Assembly (NCBI GenBank): GCA_944341895.1
Contig: CALVMB010000001.1
Coordinates: 53,677-117,676 of the forward strand
From: an uncultured Clostridia bacterium
GTDB lineage: Bacteria > Bacillota > Clostridia > Christensenellales > Borkfalkiaceae
Reading direction: 5' to 3'
Length of the DNA: 64,000 bases
Shown here one piece after another: positions 10,511-20,834 of the stretch. Made by a program: the position numbers and the translations under genes. Position 1 is the first letter of the stretch. Every line of letters starts with the position of its first letter. Below the pieces are notes generated by a model that did no database searches, was not told the origin of the DNA, and saw only the letters and a list, made by a program, of their open reading frames with translations.

Positions 10511-12037
10511 CTATGCGGTTGGCAAGCATTTTTTTGCTTTTATCAGTTCGATAAAAATTTTTGCGGTGGTCAGCGCGTCGTCCCAGGCGCGGTGATGGTT
10601 GAAGGAAATGCCGTAATGATCGGCAAGAGTGTTGAGTTTGTAATTGGGAAGAAAGAGCAGTTCCTGCGCGAGCGTCATGGTGTCCAGCGCGCGGTTTTCG
10701 AACATGTACTCGTCCTTGCCGCCGTAATAGCGGATGAACTGATAGTCGAACTGCACGTTGTGCCCGACGAGGATGCAGCCGTCGCAGAACTTGAAAAAGT
10801 CGGGAATGACCTGCTCGATCTTGGGCTGGCCGACCAGCATGTCGTCGGTGATGCCCGTCAGTTTGACGATCTGCTCTTCCAGTTTGCGCTGCGGGTCGAC
10901 GAGGGTGGAAAACCTTTCGCGGATCTCGCCCTTTTCGATCTTGACGGCGCCGATCTCGGTGATCGCGTCCATCCGCCCCGCGGCGGGATTGTTGATAAGC
11001 CCCGTCGTTTCGAGGTCGAACACCACGAAGGTGTTCTCCACGAGGTCGGGCGGCATCGTCGCCTGCTCGAAGAGGTTGATCTGGTTATAATCGACGATCT
11101 TTTCGGGGCGGATGCAGGTATAGTGCGCAGGCACCGCGCGGCTCTTGCGCCGCACCGGCTCAAAATCTCTGGGCGGCGCGCCGCGGTTGATATAGCGCGC
11201 CGTGTAACTCAGCCGCTCGTTGTACAGTTCGTTGGCGCCCGTGCAGACGATGAAATCGCCCGGTTTGAGTTCGCGGATCTTCTTTTCCGTCTTCTTTTTG
11301 ATAAAATACGAAAAGGACAGCACGCCCGTCTTGTCCGAAAGGGTAAAGCGGATGTACGGTTTCCCCTTCTGCGAGACGCGCTCGATCATGTGCGTGATCT
11401 CGCCGCAGACGGTGAGCGAATCGCTGGCGAACTTGCAGTCGGCGATGTAAGTAGCCACCTTGGGCGCGTCAGTCAGGTCGATGGGCTCGAAGTCGGTGAC
11501 GGGAAAGGAGCGCACGGGGCGGTCGTCAAAGACGGGCTCATCGCCCTCTTCCTCGACCTCCTGCTCCTCCTTGACCGCCGAACGCAGTCCGCCCGCGAAG
11601 GTGTTGCAGAAGTTGCGCCCGAGCATGCGCTCGATGCCCTCGATCACCCCCTCGTTGCGCTCGAAAAAGGTACGTTCGGCGTCGTCCACGGCAAAAGTGA
11701 AGTTGACGGGGTCGCCCATCTGAACGTCGATATCCTCGGCGCGGATGCACGCCGCCGCGGCGCGGTGGTGCGATGCGAGATATTCGAGAATCTTGCGGCG
11801 CACGAGCGAAGGGTCGGCGACCGTCTTGTGCAGTTCCAGCCGCGCTTCGAAACACGCGGGGACAGCTTCGCGCACCGCCTGCGCCGCAAACTGCTCGTCC
11901 TCCGCCGTGTATGCCGCGTCGGTGAGCACAAAAAAGGTGACTGTCCCCGCCCCTTTGTCCGCTTCGATGCGATTGAGAACGGCGCGCCGCAACCCCTCGC
12001 GGGTGCGGATGCGCGCCAGAAATTGCTGTTCGTTCAT
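10511..12037 (-). CDS. PolC-derived protein: PolC-like N-terminal and OB domains plus a DEDDh 3'-5' exonuclease, with no PHP or polymerase core
   Basis: VVFDLETTG, HNVQFD and HRAWDDA exonuclease motifs; OB-like segment VCGEI...YIRFTLSDKTG; QINLF motif; occupies the ispG-polC-rimP slot but is only 508 aa. Confidence 0.8.
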   Translation of the reverse strand: MNEQQFLARIRTREGLRRAVLNRIEADKGAGTVTFFVLTDAAYTAEDEQFAAQAVREAVPACFEARLELHKTVADPSLVRRKILEYLASHHRAAAACIRAEDIDVQMGDPVNFTFAVDDAERTFFERNEGVIEGIERMLGRNFCNTFAGGLRSAVKEEQEVEEEGDEPVFDDRPVRSFPVTDFEPIDLTDAPKVATYIADCKFASDSLTVCGEITHMIERVSQKGKPYIRFTLSDKTGVLSFSYFIKKKTEKKIRELKPGDFIVCTGANELYNERLSYTARYINRGAPPRDFEPVRRKSRAVPAHYTCIRPEKIVDYNQINLFEQATMPPDLVENTFVVFDLETTGLINNPAAGRMDAITEIGAVKIEKGEIRERFSTLVDPQRKLEEQIVKLTGITDDMLVGQPKIEQVIPDFFKFCDGCILVGHNVQFDYQFIRYYGGKDEYMFENRALDTMTLAQELLFLPNYKLNTLADHYGISFNHHRAWDDALTTAKIFIELIKAKKCLPTA

Positions 12038-12070
12038 ATGTCTTGCCCTGCCGTTCTCCGTGAAGGCGCA

Positions 12071-13132
12071 CTATGCCTGCAACAATGCGCGCACCTGCGC
12101 CAGAAATACCGCTTCCGCCTCCTTAGCAGAAACGGTGCGGAAGGGCTCGCCCTTGCGGAAGAGCACGCACTTGTCCTTGCCGCCCGCGATGCCGAGGTCG
12201 CAGTCCTTCGCTTCGCCGGGGCCGTTGACCACGCACCCCATGACGGCGAGTTTCAGTTTCTTGCGTGCGCCGAAGGTGAGTTTTTCCACCTTTTGCGCGA
12301 GTTCCATGCTGTTCCACGCGCACCTGCCGCAGGTGGGACAGGACACCACCTCGACGTATTCCCCGCCCAGCCCGCAGGCACGCAGGATGCGCTTGGCGGC
12401 GTAGATCTCCTCGACGGGGTCGTCGGTCAGCGAGACGCGCACGGTATCGCCGATGCCCGCCAGCAGGAGCGAACCGATGCCGACGCTGCTCTTGACGATG
12501 CCGCTTTCGGACGTGCCCGCCTCCGTCACGCCGACGTGCAGCGGGTAGGACGTCTTCTGCGCGAGGAGGGTGTACGCCTCGACGGTGAGCGGCACGGAGG
12601 ACGCCTTGACCGAGATCACGATATCCTCCACGCCGTATTTTTCGAGGATGGCGACGTTTGCGAGCGCGCTTTCGACGAGCGCGGGCGCCGTTTTGCCGTA
12701 TTTTTCCAGAAAGGTCTTTTCGATGCTGCCTGTGTTGGAGCCGACGCGCACGCAGATACCGTGCGCGCGGATGCAGTCCGCCACCGCGCGGATGTCCGCC
12801 TCGCCGCCGATGTTCCCGGGATTGATGCGCACTTTGTGCGCCCCGCTCTCGATGGCGAGCACCGCAAGTTTCGCCGAAAAATGGATGTCCGCGACCACGG
12901 GCAGACGCGTTCCCGTGCGGATGGCGCGGATGGCGCGCGCGTCCGCCTCGTCGCGCACGGCGACGCGCACGATCTCGCATCCCGCCTCTTCGAGGCGGGC
13001 GATCTGCGCCAGCGTTGCCGCAACGTCGCAGGTGGGCGTCGTGGTCATGGACTGGATGCGCACGGGCGCACCGCCGCCGACGGTGACTTCGCCTATGCGC
13101 ACCTGCTTGGTCGTATGCCTCGCCGCGATCAT
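12071..13132 (-). CDS. ispG: HMBPP synthase
   Basis: IQSMT, VADIHF, RINPGNIG, HVGVTEAG, SCPTCGR, MGCVVNGPGE. Confidence 0.97.
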   Translation of the reverse strand: MIAARHTTKQVRIGEVTVGGGAPVRIQSMTTTPTCDVAATLAQIARLEEAGCEIVRVAVRDEADARAIRAIRTGTRLPVVADIHFSAKLAVLAIESGAHKVRINPGNIGGEADIRAVADCIRAHGICVRVGSNTGSIEKTFLEKYGKTAPALVESALANVAILEKYGVEDIVISVKASSVPLTVEAYTLLAQKTSYPLHVGVTEAGTSESGIVKSSVGIGSLLLAGIGDTVRVSLTDDPVEEIYAAKRILRACGLGGEYVEVVSCPTCGRCAWNSMELAQKVEKLTFGARKKLKLAVMGCVVNGPGEAKDCDLGIAGGKDKCVLFRKGEPFRTVSAKEAEAVFLAQVRALLQA

Positions 13133-13617
13133 TTCGCGGCGCCTTCGCCGTCCTTGCGGCGGTCGTTTTCCTTCATCATGGTCTGCAATTCCTCCATGAA
13201 CGAAGAGATGTCGGTGAACTGACGGTACACCGAAGCATAGCGGACATAGGCGACCTCGTCGATCTCCTTGAGCCCGTCCATGACCATTTCGCCGATGCGC
13301 TTGGAGGTGATCTCCTGTTCGAGGGAGTTGTACACCTGCTTTTTGATGTCCTCGACCAGTTGGTCGATCTTGGTCATGGAGACGGGGCGCTTTTCGCACG
13401 CCTTGATGATGCCGTTTTTGATCTTGTTCGGATCGAACGACTGGCGGTTGCCGCCGTTTTTGACGACGAGAACGGGCGTCGTTTCGATGGTCTCGTAGGT
13501 GGTGAACCGCCTGCCGCACTGCATACATTCGCGGCGGCGGCGGATGGCTTTCCCTTCATCCGTCGAACGGCTGTCGATGACCTTGCTTTCGATGCATCCG
13601 CAGTACATACACTTCAT
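13129..13617 (-). CDS. nrdR: Transcriptional repressor NrdR
   Basis: MKCMYC...SKVIDSR...RRRREC..CG.RFTTYE; ATP cone; VAYVRYASVY. Confidence 0.97.
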   Translation of the reverse strand: MKCMYCGCIESKVIDSRSTDEGKAIRRRRECMQCGRRFTTYETIETTPVLVVKNGGNRQSFDPNKIKNGIIKACEKRPVSMTKIDQLVEDIKKQVYNSLEQEITSKRIGEMVMDGLKEIDEVAYVRYASVYRQFTDISSFMEELQTMMKENDRRKDGEGAAK

Positions 13618-13647
13618 AGCGCACTACCCCTTGCGTGTTTTCGCCGA

Positions 13648-13676
13648 TTATAGCACGAAATATGCAATTTGTAAAG
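13648..13676 (-). promoter_or_regulatory. sigA promoter of nrdR-ispG-exonuclease
   Basis: TTTACA-17-TATAAT with extended TG. Confidence 0.7.
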
Positions 13677-13824
13677 CGCTTCGCCGCTTTTGCGCCCGCG
13701 GCAGACAAAAAGCGCCGCAAGATGCGGCGCTTCTGCACTTTTTTGTCCGTTCGACGGAGTTTACCCGCTCGGCGGGAATTGGATCCGCGAAGCGGAGTTT
13801 GCCCGTTCGGCGGAAATTGTGCGT

Positions 13825-16800
13825 TCAGCGGAAGTATTTGACGCCGCTTTCGAACAACTTCATATCGAAGTTGCCGCAGCAGTTCTTGTACAGGTTTTCG
13901 CCCGTGCGTTCGGTGTGCCCCATCTTGCCGTACACCCTGCCGTCCGGGGAAGTAATGCCTTCCACCGCCCATGCCGAACCGTTGGGATTGTACGGGTACT
14001 GCATGGTGGGCTTGCCCGCGAGGTCACAGTACTGCGTGGCGATCTGCCCCGCCTTTGCCATCCCTTCGAGCGCGTCGGCGGGGGCGACGATCTTGCCCTC
14101 GCCGTGCGAGACGGGAACGGTGAACACATCCCCTACCTTGCAGGCGGACAACCAGGGCGAGAGCGTGGACGCGACGCGGATATCCACCAGCGTGGAGACG
14201 TGGCGGGAAATATTGTTGTACGTCAGCGTCGGGCTTGCGGGCGTGAGCGGGCGGATCTCGCCAAACGGGACGAGCCCGAGTTTGATGAGCGCCTGGAAGC
14301 CGTTGCAGATGCCGAGGATGAGCCCGTCGCGATGTTTGAGCAGTTCCATGATCTGCTCGGCGATGCGCGGGTTGCGGAAGGTGGTGGCGATGAATTTGCC
14401 GCTGCCGTCCGGCTCGTCGCCGCCCGAGAACCCGCCCGGGAAGGCGACGATGTTGGCGCGTCTCACCGCCGCAGCGAGGGCGCGCACGCTCTCTTCGATG
14501 TCCGCCGCACTGCGGTTTTTGACCACGACGATCTCGCTTTGCGCGCCCGCCAGATCGAATTTGCGCGCGGTATCCAGTTCGCAGTTGGTGCCGGGGAACA
14601 CGGGGATGAGCACGCGCGGTTTTGCCGTCTTGATCGCGGGCGGAGCAAACTTCGGGGCGTCGAAATCGACGTTGCGCGCACTGCCGCTTGCCGCCGCGGT
14701 ATTCGGGAACACCCCCTCGAGCGCGCCCGTGAACGCCGCGCGCGCCTCCGCCGAAGAGACGCTCTCGGTATCGTATGCGAAGCCCGTATCCGTCGTTTCG
14801 CCCAGGCAGACTTTGGCGGCTTTGAGCGCGTCAGGGTCTTCGAGGGTGACAAGGATCTCGCCGTAATGTTCGGCGAGCAGGCAATCGGCATCGCCGCGGA
14901 ACTTGAAGCCGAGGTCGTTGCCGAGGCAGGATTTGACGACCGCCGCCGCCAGCCCGCCGCTCTCCACGACGGTGGCAAAGCGGATATTGCCGCTCTCGAC
15001 GTTGCGGTGGATCTCGCGGTACAGATCAGCCAGTTCGCCGAACGCGGGGATCTTGGCTTCGTCCTTGTGCATGGGGATCCAGTACACCGCCTTGCCGCTT
15101 TCCTGCAAGACGTTGGTGATGAGTTTGCTCGCCTTGGCGGGTGCGAGCGCAAAGGAGATGAGCGTGGGCGGAACGTCGATATGCTCGAAGGTGCCGCTCA
15201 TGCTGTCCTTGCCGCCGATGGCGCCCAGCCCCAGCCCGAGTTGCGCATACAGCGCGCCGAGCAGGGCGGACAGAGGCACGCCCCAGCGCTTGGGATCGCG
15301 CCCGAGGCGCATGAAAAATTCCTGGAAGGTGAGGCGGATCTCGTCGAAATCGCAGCCCGCGGCGATGAGTTTTGCCACCGAGGCGAGGATGCTGTAAATT
15401 GCGCCCGTGAACGGGCTGCTGCTCATCAGGTCGGGACTGCACCCGTATGCAGAGACGGTGGCGACGTCCGTTTCGCCGCCGCAGATCTTTGCCGCCATGG
15501 CGATGGCGGGCGTGGACTGTGTTCTGCCGCCGAACGGCATGTACACCGAGCGCGCGCCGATGGTGGAATCGAACATCTCGGACAGCCCCTTTTTGGAGCA
15601 GACGTTGAGCGCGCCCAGCGTGCGCAGCAGGTCGTCGCGGAAATGCGCGCGCGAACGGTCGAAATAGTGCGTGACCGCCTCTTCGACGACCGCATCGATG
15701 ACCTGTTTGACGCCGTTGGTATCGAGGAAATCGCGGGAAAGATCGACGATCGCCCTGCCCTTGAACAGCATCTTCATGCGGCGGTCGTCGGTGACGACGG
15801 CGACGGGCGTGGCGGCGAGGTTTTCTTCCGCGGCGAGGCGGATGAACGCCTCCTGCTCCTGCGCGTCCACGACCACCGCCATGCGTTCCTGCGATTCGGA
15901 AATGGCAAGTTCGGTGCCCGAAAGCCCCTCGTATTTGAGCGGCACTTTATCGAGGTCGATGATCAGCCCGTCTGCCAGTTCGCCGATGGCGACGGAAACG
16001 CCGCCCGCGCCGAAGTCGTTGCACTTCTTGATGCGACGGGTCGCCTCCTTGTTGAGGAACAGCCTCTGCAACTTGCGCTCGGTGAGCGGGTTGCCCTTCT
16101 GCACCTCGGCGCCGCAGGTCTCCACGGAGTGCGCGTCGTGCGCCTTGGAAGAGCCCGTCGCGCCGCCGCAGCCGTCGCGGCCCGTTTCGCCGCCCAACAG
16201 GATGATGACGTCCCCTTTCTTGGGCTTTTCGCGGTACACCATATCCTTGCGCGCGCCGCCGACGACGAAGCCCGTTTCCAGCCTCTTCGCCTTATAGCCG
16301 CTGTGGTACATTTCGTCCACGATGCCAGTCGCCAGCCCGATCTGGTTGCCGTAAGAGGAAAAGCCCGCCGCCGCCGTCTTGGTGATGACGCGCTGGGGCA
16401 GTTTGCCGGGGAGCGTGTCCTCCAGTTTTTCGCGCGGGTCGGCGCTGCCCGTGATGCGCATCGCCTGGTAGACGTACGTCCTGCCCGAAAGCGGGTCGCG
16501 GATGGCGCCGCCGAGGCAGGTCGCCGCGCCGCCGAACGGCTCGATCTCCGTGGGGTGGTTGTGCGTCTCGTTCTTGAACATGACGAGGTATTTTTCCGCC
16601 TTGCCGTCGATCTCCGCGTCGATGCAGATGGAGCAGGCGTTGATCTCGTCCGAGACGTCCAGATTGTCCAGCCTGCCCTCCTTTTTGAGTTTTTTGACCG
16701 CGACGGTCGCCAGATCCATCAGGCAGGGATACTTGTCCTTGCGCCCCGCGTTGCATTCGGCGAACACTTCCCTGTACAGGTCGTACGCCTTCTGCACGTG

Positions 16801-17517
16801 CGGGTTATCGGACAGGATGGTGACGTTGCGGATCTCGGTGGCGAACGTGGTATGGCGGCAGTGATCGGACCAGTAGGTGTCGATGACCTTGATCTCCGTT
16901 TCGGAAGGATCCCTGCCCTCTTTTTTGAAATAATCGCGCACGAACGCGAGATCTTCCGCGCTCATGGCGAACCCGTTCTTTTTATGGAAGGCGGCGATCT
17001 GCTCGTCGCTCATCGCCGTAAAGCCCTGCACCACGGGCACGTCCTGCGTGCGCATTTTGGCGCGCGCGAGCGTCTCGGGCTTGGCGAGCGAAACCTCCGA
17101 ACTCTCTACGGGGTTAATGAGGTGTTTTTTGATGCGCTCCACTTCGGAATCGGTGCAGCCCTTGACCGCGATGACGCGCGCGCACTTGATGAGCGGGCGC
17201 TCTTTCTGCGTCAGCAGTTGGATACACTGCGCCGCGCTGTCCGCGCGCTGGTCGTACTGACCGTCCAGAAAGGCGATGGCGAACACCTTGTAATCCTCGC
17301 CGACGGGCAGTTCCTCGCGCCAGACGTTGTCCACGGGCGGCTCGGAAAAGACGTTGGCGATCGCCGCTTCCAGTTCCGCCTCCGTCATGCCCTCCGCGTC
17401 GTAGCGGATGACCTCGCGCACGTCCTCGACGCCGATGCCGAGTTGGTTCTGCAGATCGTCTTTGATCTTTTTTGCCTGCAGGTTTTCTTTTTTCTCAACG
17501 TAAACTCTGTAGATCAT
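13825..17517 (-). CDS. purL: Phosphoribosylformylglycinamidine synthase (large fused PurL)
   Basis: WSDHCRH, ETHNHP, DFGAGG, ISESQERM; glutaminase domain GICNGFQ, SHGEG, MGHTER. Confidence 0.97.
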   Translation of the reverse strand: MIYRVYVEKKENLQAKKIKDDLQNQLGIGVEDVREVIRYDAEGMTEAELEAAIANVFSEPPVDNVWREELPVGEDYKVFAIAFLDGQYDQRADSAAQCIQLLTQKERPLIKCARVIAVKGCTDSEVERIKKHLINPVESSEVSLAKPETLARAKMRTQDVPVVQGFTAMSDEQIAAFHKKNGFAMSAEDLAFVRDYFKKEGRDPSETEIKVIDTYWSDHCRHTTFATEIRNVTILSDNPHVQKAYDLYREVFAECNAGRKDKYPCLMDLATVAVKKLKKEGRLDNLDVSDEINACSICIDAEIDGKAEKYLVMFKNETHNHPTEIEPFGGAATCLGGAIRDPLSGRTYVYQAMRITGSADPREKLEDTLPGKLPQRVITKTAAAGFSSYGNQIGLATGIVDEMYHSGYKAKRLETGFVVGGARKDMVYREKPKKGDVIILLGGETGRDGCGGATGSSKAHDAHSVETCGAEVQKGNPLTERKLQRLFLNKEATRRIKKCNDFGAGGVSVAIGELADGLIIDLDKVPLKYEGLSGTELAISESQERMAVVVDAQEQEAFIRLAAEENLAATPVAVVTDDRRMKMLFKGRAIVDLSRDFLDTNGVKQVIDAVVEEAVTHYFDRSRAHFRDDLLRTLGALNVCSKKGLSEMFDSTIGARSVYMPFGGRTQSTPAIAMAAKICGGETDVATVSAYGCSPDLMSSSPFTGAIYSILASVAKLIAAGCDFDEIRLTFQEFFMRLGRDPKRWGVPLSALLGALYAQLGLGLGAIGGKDSMSGTFEHIDVPPTLISFALAPAKASKLITNVLQESGKAVYWIPMHKDEAKIPAFGELADLYREIHRNVESGNIRFATVVESGGLAAAVVKSCLGNDLGFKFRGDADCLLAEHYGEILVTLEDPDALKAAKVCLGETTDTGFAYDTESVSSAEARAAFTGALEGVFPNTAAASGSARNVDFDAPKFAPPAIKTAKPRVLIPVFPGTNCELDTARKFDLAGAQSEIVVVKNRSAADIEESVRALAAAVRRANIVAFPGGFSGGDEPDGSGKFIATTFRNPRIAEQIMELLKHRDGLILGICNGFQALIKLGLVPFGEIRPLTPASPTLTYNNISRHVSTLVDIRVASTLSPWLSACKVGDVFTVPVSHGEGKIVAPADALEGMAKAGQIATQYCDLAGKPTMQYPYNPNGSAWAVEGITSPDGRVYGKMGHTERTGENLYKNCCGNFDMKLFESGVKYFR

Positions 17518-17520
17518 GGT

Positions 17521-18807
17521 TCAACCCTTTGCGTTGTATTTGATGCCGATGTCGGTGCGGTACTGCATGCCTTCGAAGGAAATTTTCTGCACGTTGGCGT
17601 ACGCGGTCTTGCGCGCTTCGGCGACCGTTTTTCCCTTGGCGCACACGCCGAGCACCCTGCCGCCGCTCGTTTTGAGCACGCCGTCCTCGCGCTTGGTGCC
17701 CGCATGGAACAGGAGCACGCCCTCGTCCAAAGCGCCGATGCGGATGGCTTTGCCCTTTTCGTAATGTTCTGGATACCCGCCGCTGGCGAGCACGACGCAC
17801 ACGCAGGCGCCCTCTTCCCACTCGATGTCGATATCCGCGAGCCGCCCGTCCGTGACCGCCTGAAAGATCTCCATCAGATCGGTTTTGAGCATGGGCAGAA
17901 CGACCTGCGTTTCGGGATCGCCGAAACGGGCGTTGTATTCCACCACTTTCATGCCTTCGGGTGTGCGCATCAGGCCGCAGTACAGCACGCCCTTGAACGG
18001 GCAGCCCTCCGCGTTCATCGCCGCCACGGTGGGAAGCAGGATGTTCTGCATCACTTCGTCCGCGACTTCCTTCGTATAGAAGGGGCAGGGCGTGAACGTG
18101 CCCATGCCGCCCGTGTTCAGCCCCTTGTCGCCGTCCTTGGCGCGCTTGTGGTCGCAACTGGGGATCATGGGAACGATGGTCTTGCCGTCGGTGAAACAGA
18201 GCACGGACACCTCTTCGCCGGGCGTGAATTCCTTGCCCGTCAGAAACTCTTCGACGACGACGCGGTTGCCCGCGGCACCGAAGGCTTTGTCGCACATGAT
18301 CTGTTTCAGCCCCGCTTCCGCCTGTGCGGGCGTCTCGCAGATGAGCACGCCTTTGCCCAGCGCCAGCCCGTCCGCCTTGAGCACGACGGGGAATTTGCCC
18401 GCGCGCACATAGGCGAGCGCCGCCTCATACGAATCGAAGGTCTCGTATGCGGCGGTCGGGATGTTGTACTTTTTCATCAGCGCCTTGGCGAACGATTTGC
18501 TCGCTTCGATGCGCGCCGCCGCCTTGCTCGGCCCGAACACGCGGTGCCCGCGCCGTTCGAGTTCGTCCGCAAGCCCCAGCGCGAGCGGATCGTCGGGCGC
18601 GATGACGGTGTATTCCACATCCCCGTGCGCGTCCACCCAGTCGCCGACCGCTTGTATGTTCAAATAGTCGAGGTCGACGCATTCGGCAAGTTCGGCGATG
18701 CCTGCGTTGCCCTTCATGCAATAGATCTTATCCACGAGCGGGCTCTTGGCGAGGGACGCGACGATCGCGTGTTCCCTGCCGCCGCTCCCGATGACGAGAA
18801 CGTTCAT
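17521..18807 (-). CDS. purD: Phosphoribosylamine-glycine ligase
   Basis: GSGGREHA, KADGLALGKGV, NTGGMG, EYNARFGDPE. Confidence 0.97.
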   Translation of the reverse strand: MNVLVIGSGGREHAIVASLAKSPLVDKIYCMKGNAGIAELAECVDLDYLNIQAVGDWVDAHGDVEYTVIAPDDPLALGLADELERRGHRVFGPSKAAARIEASKSFAKALMKKYNIPTAAYETFDSYEAALAYVRAGKFPVVLKADGLALGKGVLICETPAQAEAGLKQIMCDKAFGAAGNRVVVEEFLTGKEFTPGEEVSVLCFTDGKTIVPMIPSCDHKRAKDGDKGLNTGGMGTFTPCPFYTKEVADEVMQNILLPTVAAMNAEGCPFKGVLYCGLMRTPEGMKVVEYNARFGDPETQVVLPMLKTDLMEIFQAVTDGRLADIDIEWEEGACVCVVLASGGYPEHYEKGKAIRIGALDEGVLLFHAGTKREDGVLKTSGGRVLGVCAKGKTVAEARKTAYANVQKISFEGMQYRTDIGIKYNAKG

Positions 18808-18873
18808 GCTTTTCTCCGTAAAACGAAAATACGCGCCGCCCCGTGGCATTTCGCGCGGGGCGGACAGATGGGA

Positions 18874-20058
18874 TCAGTGATGGAACAGGCGCATGCCCGT
18901 GAACGCCATGACCATGCCGTACTTGTCGCATGCGTCGATGACGAGGTCGTCGCGCACCGAGCCGCCCGGCTGCGCGACATACGAAACGCCGCTCTTCCTG
19001 GCGCGTTCGATGTTGTCCGAGAACGGGAAGAACGCGTCGCTGCCCAAAGACACGCCCGTGATCTTGGAAAGGTACGCCTTCTGCTCTTCCTTGGTGAAGG
19101 GTTCGGGGCGGACGGCGAAGTACTGTTTCCACACGCCGTCGCCGAGCACGTCCTCGCATTCGTCGGACAGATAGATGTCGATGATGTTGTTTTTGTCGGG
19201 ACGCCCCACCCCCTCGGCAAATTGCAGGCCCAGGACCTTGTCGCTCTGGCGCAGGTGCCACAGGTCCGCCTTGGTGCCCGCGAGGCGGGTGCAGTGGATG
19301 CGGGACTGCTGCCCCGCGCCCACGCCGATCGCCTGCCCGTCCGCCGCGAAGCAGACGGAATTGGACTGCGTGTATTTGAGGGTGATGAGCGAGATGATGA
19401 GGTCGGTGACCGCTTCCGCGGGCAGGTCCTTGTTCTTGGTGACGATGTTTTTGAGCAGATCGGCGTCGATTTTGAATTCGTTCCTGCCCTGCTCGAAGGT
19501 CACGCCGAACACCTGTTTGCGCTCGACGGGATCGGGTCTGTAATCCTTGTCGATCTTCACGATATTGTAGCCGCCCTTGCGCTTGGCTTTGAGGATCTCC
19601 AGCGCCTTGGGGGTATAGCCGGGCGCGATGATGCCGTCCGACACCTCGCGGGAAATGATCTTCGCCGTCACCTCGTCGCACTCGTCCGAAAGCGCGATCC
19701 AGTCGCCGAACGAGGACATGCGGTCGGTGCCGCGGGCGCGCGCATAGGCGCAGGCGAGCGGCGAATCGTCCAGCCCCTCGATGTCGTCCACAAAGCAGGA
19801 CTTTTTCAGGCGGTCGGACAGTTTTTTGCCGATCGCCGCGCTGGTCGGGCTGACGTGCTTGAAGGAGGTCGCCGCCACGTTGCCCGTGTTTTCCTTGATC
19901 TCTTTGACCAACTGCCAACTATTGAAGGCGTCCAGAAAGTTGATGTAGCCCGGCTTTCCGTTGAGAATTTCAATGGGCAGATCGCCTCCGTCCGCCATGA
20001 AGATGCGCGAAGGCTTCTGGTTGGGATTGCAGCCGTATTTGAGTTGAAATTCGTTCAT
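18874..20058 (-). CDS. purH: AICAR transformylase (stand-alone PurH C-terminal domain)
   Basis: LKYGCNPNQ, SFKHVSP, GAGQQSR, SDAFFPF, QPGGS, RLFHH; lacks the MGS/IMPCH domain. Confidence 0.93.
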   Translation of the reverse strand: MNEFQLKYGCNPNQKPSRIFMADGGDLPIEILNGKPGYINFLDAFNSWQLVKEIKENTGNVAATSFKHVSPTSAAIGKKLSDRLKKSCFVDDIEGLDDSPLACAYARARGTDRMSSFGDWIALSDECDEVTAKIISREVSDGIIAPGYTPKALEILKAKRKGGYNIVKIDKDYRPDPVERKQVFGVTFEQGRNEFKIDADLLKNIVTKNKDLPAEAVTDLIISLITLKYTQSNSVCFAADGQAIGVGAGQQSRIHCTRLAGTKADLWHLRQSDKVLGLQFAEGVGRPDKNNIIDIYLSDECEDVLGDGVWKQYFAVRPEPFTKEEQKAYLSKITGVSLGSDAFFPFSDNIERARKSGVSYVAQPGGSVRDDLVIDACDKYGMVMAFTGMRLFHH

Positions 20059-20071
20059 GACCTTGTTCTCC

Positions 20072-20788
20072 TCACTTGTTTTTGTTGATGAGCACGCTCT
20101 CGAACTTGCCCGTTTCCGCGTCCGTATAGCGGACATAGAGCGAGATCTTGTTGGCTTCGTCCAGGTTGTCCCACAGGTCTTTGACGAACGCCTGCATGTC
20201 GTTCGGGATGTGCACGCGCTCGGGCTCGCCCGTGAAGGTGGGGATGGGATCCCCGTCGCAGTTGTAGGTATGGATGAAGTGCCCCAGTCCGTTCAGCGCC
20301 GCATACGAGAAGGTGTAGCGGTTGCAGGCGCTGCCCTGCGCGTCCGCGCTCTTCAAAATGCTCATTTTGTACGAGAATCCGTCCGAAAAATCCAGCATCG
20401 CGCTGATGCGCGGCGTGAAGTTGGGCGCGTCCGGCTCGAAACAGCGGGTTTCGAGCGCCTCTTCGAAGGTCTTGCCCTGCAAGAGGAAATCGCGCACGGT
20501 GTCCGTCTGGTCGCCGTTGGTGACGACGACGCGCCTGCCCACCCTGCGCACGGGCGAATAGATGATGAGCGAAGGGTCCTTGACCTTGGACGCGTCGAAG
20601 GGATAGATGGTGACCTCCTCCCCGTTCTCGACGAACACGCGGTTGCGGCTGTTCTCGCTCCTGCCCATGATGAAATACGCGAACACGGCTTTTTTGCCGT
20701 CGTCGCTCTTGCCGACGACGATGCCGCGCCCGACGTAACTGTTGCCGCGGATCAGTTCCCCGATCTCCGATACAGAATACACGTTCAT
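20072..20788 (-). CDS. IMP cyclohydrolase (PurO-like)
   Basis: YVGRGI, YFIMGRSENSRNR, TNGDQTD, FEPDAPNFTPRIS; pairs with the stand-alone transformylase. Confidence 0.88.
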   Translation of the reverse strand: MNVYSVSEIGELIRGNSYVGRGIVVGKSDDGKKAVFAYFIMGRSENSRNRVFVENGEEVTIYPFDASKVKDPSLIIYSPVRRVGRRVVVTNGDQTDTVRDFLLQGKTFEEALETRCFEPDAPNFTPRISAMLDFSDGFSYKMSILKSADAQGSACNRYTFSYAALNGLGHFIHTYNCDGDPIPTFTGEPERVHIPNDMQAFVKDLWDNLDEANKISLYVRYTDAETGKFESVLINKNK

Positions 20789-20834
20789 TTGTTTTCCTCC
20801 GAATAAACCTTGTATGGATGGCGGATCCCGCCCG

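Noticed and set aside
13690-20088. 2132-aa plus-strand ORF, and similar long ORFs at 3815-8182, 47927-50689 and 58257-61232
   Set aside because: Antisense shadows of well-conserved minus-strand genes, expected with high-GC codon usage; they contain no recognisable motifs.
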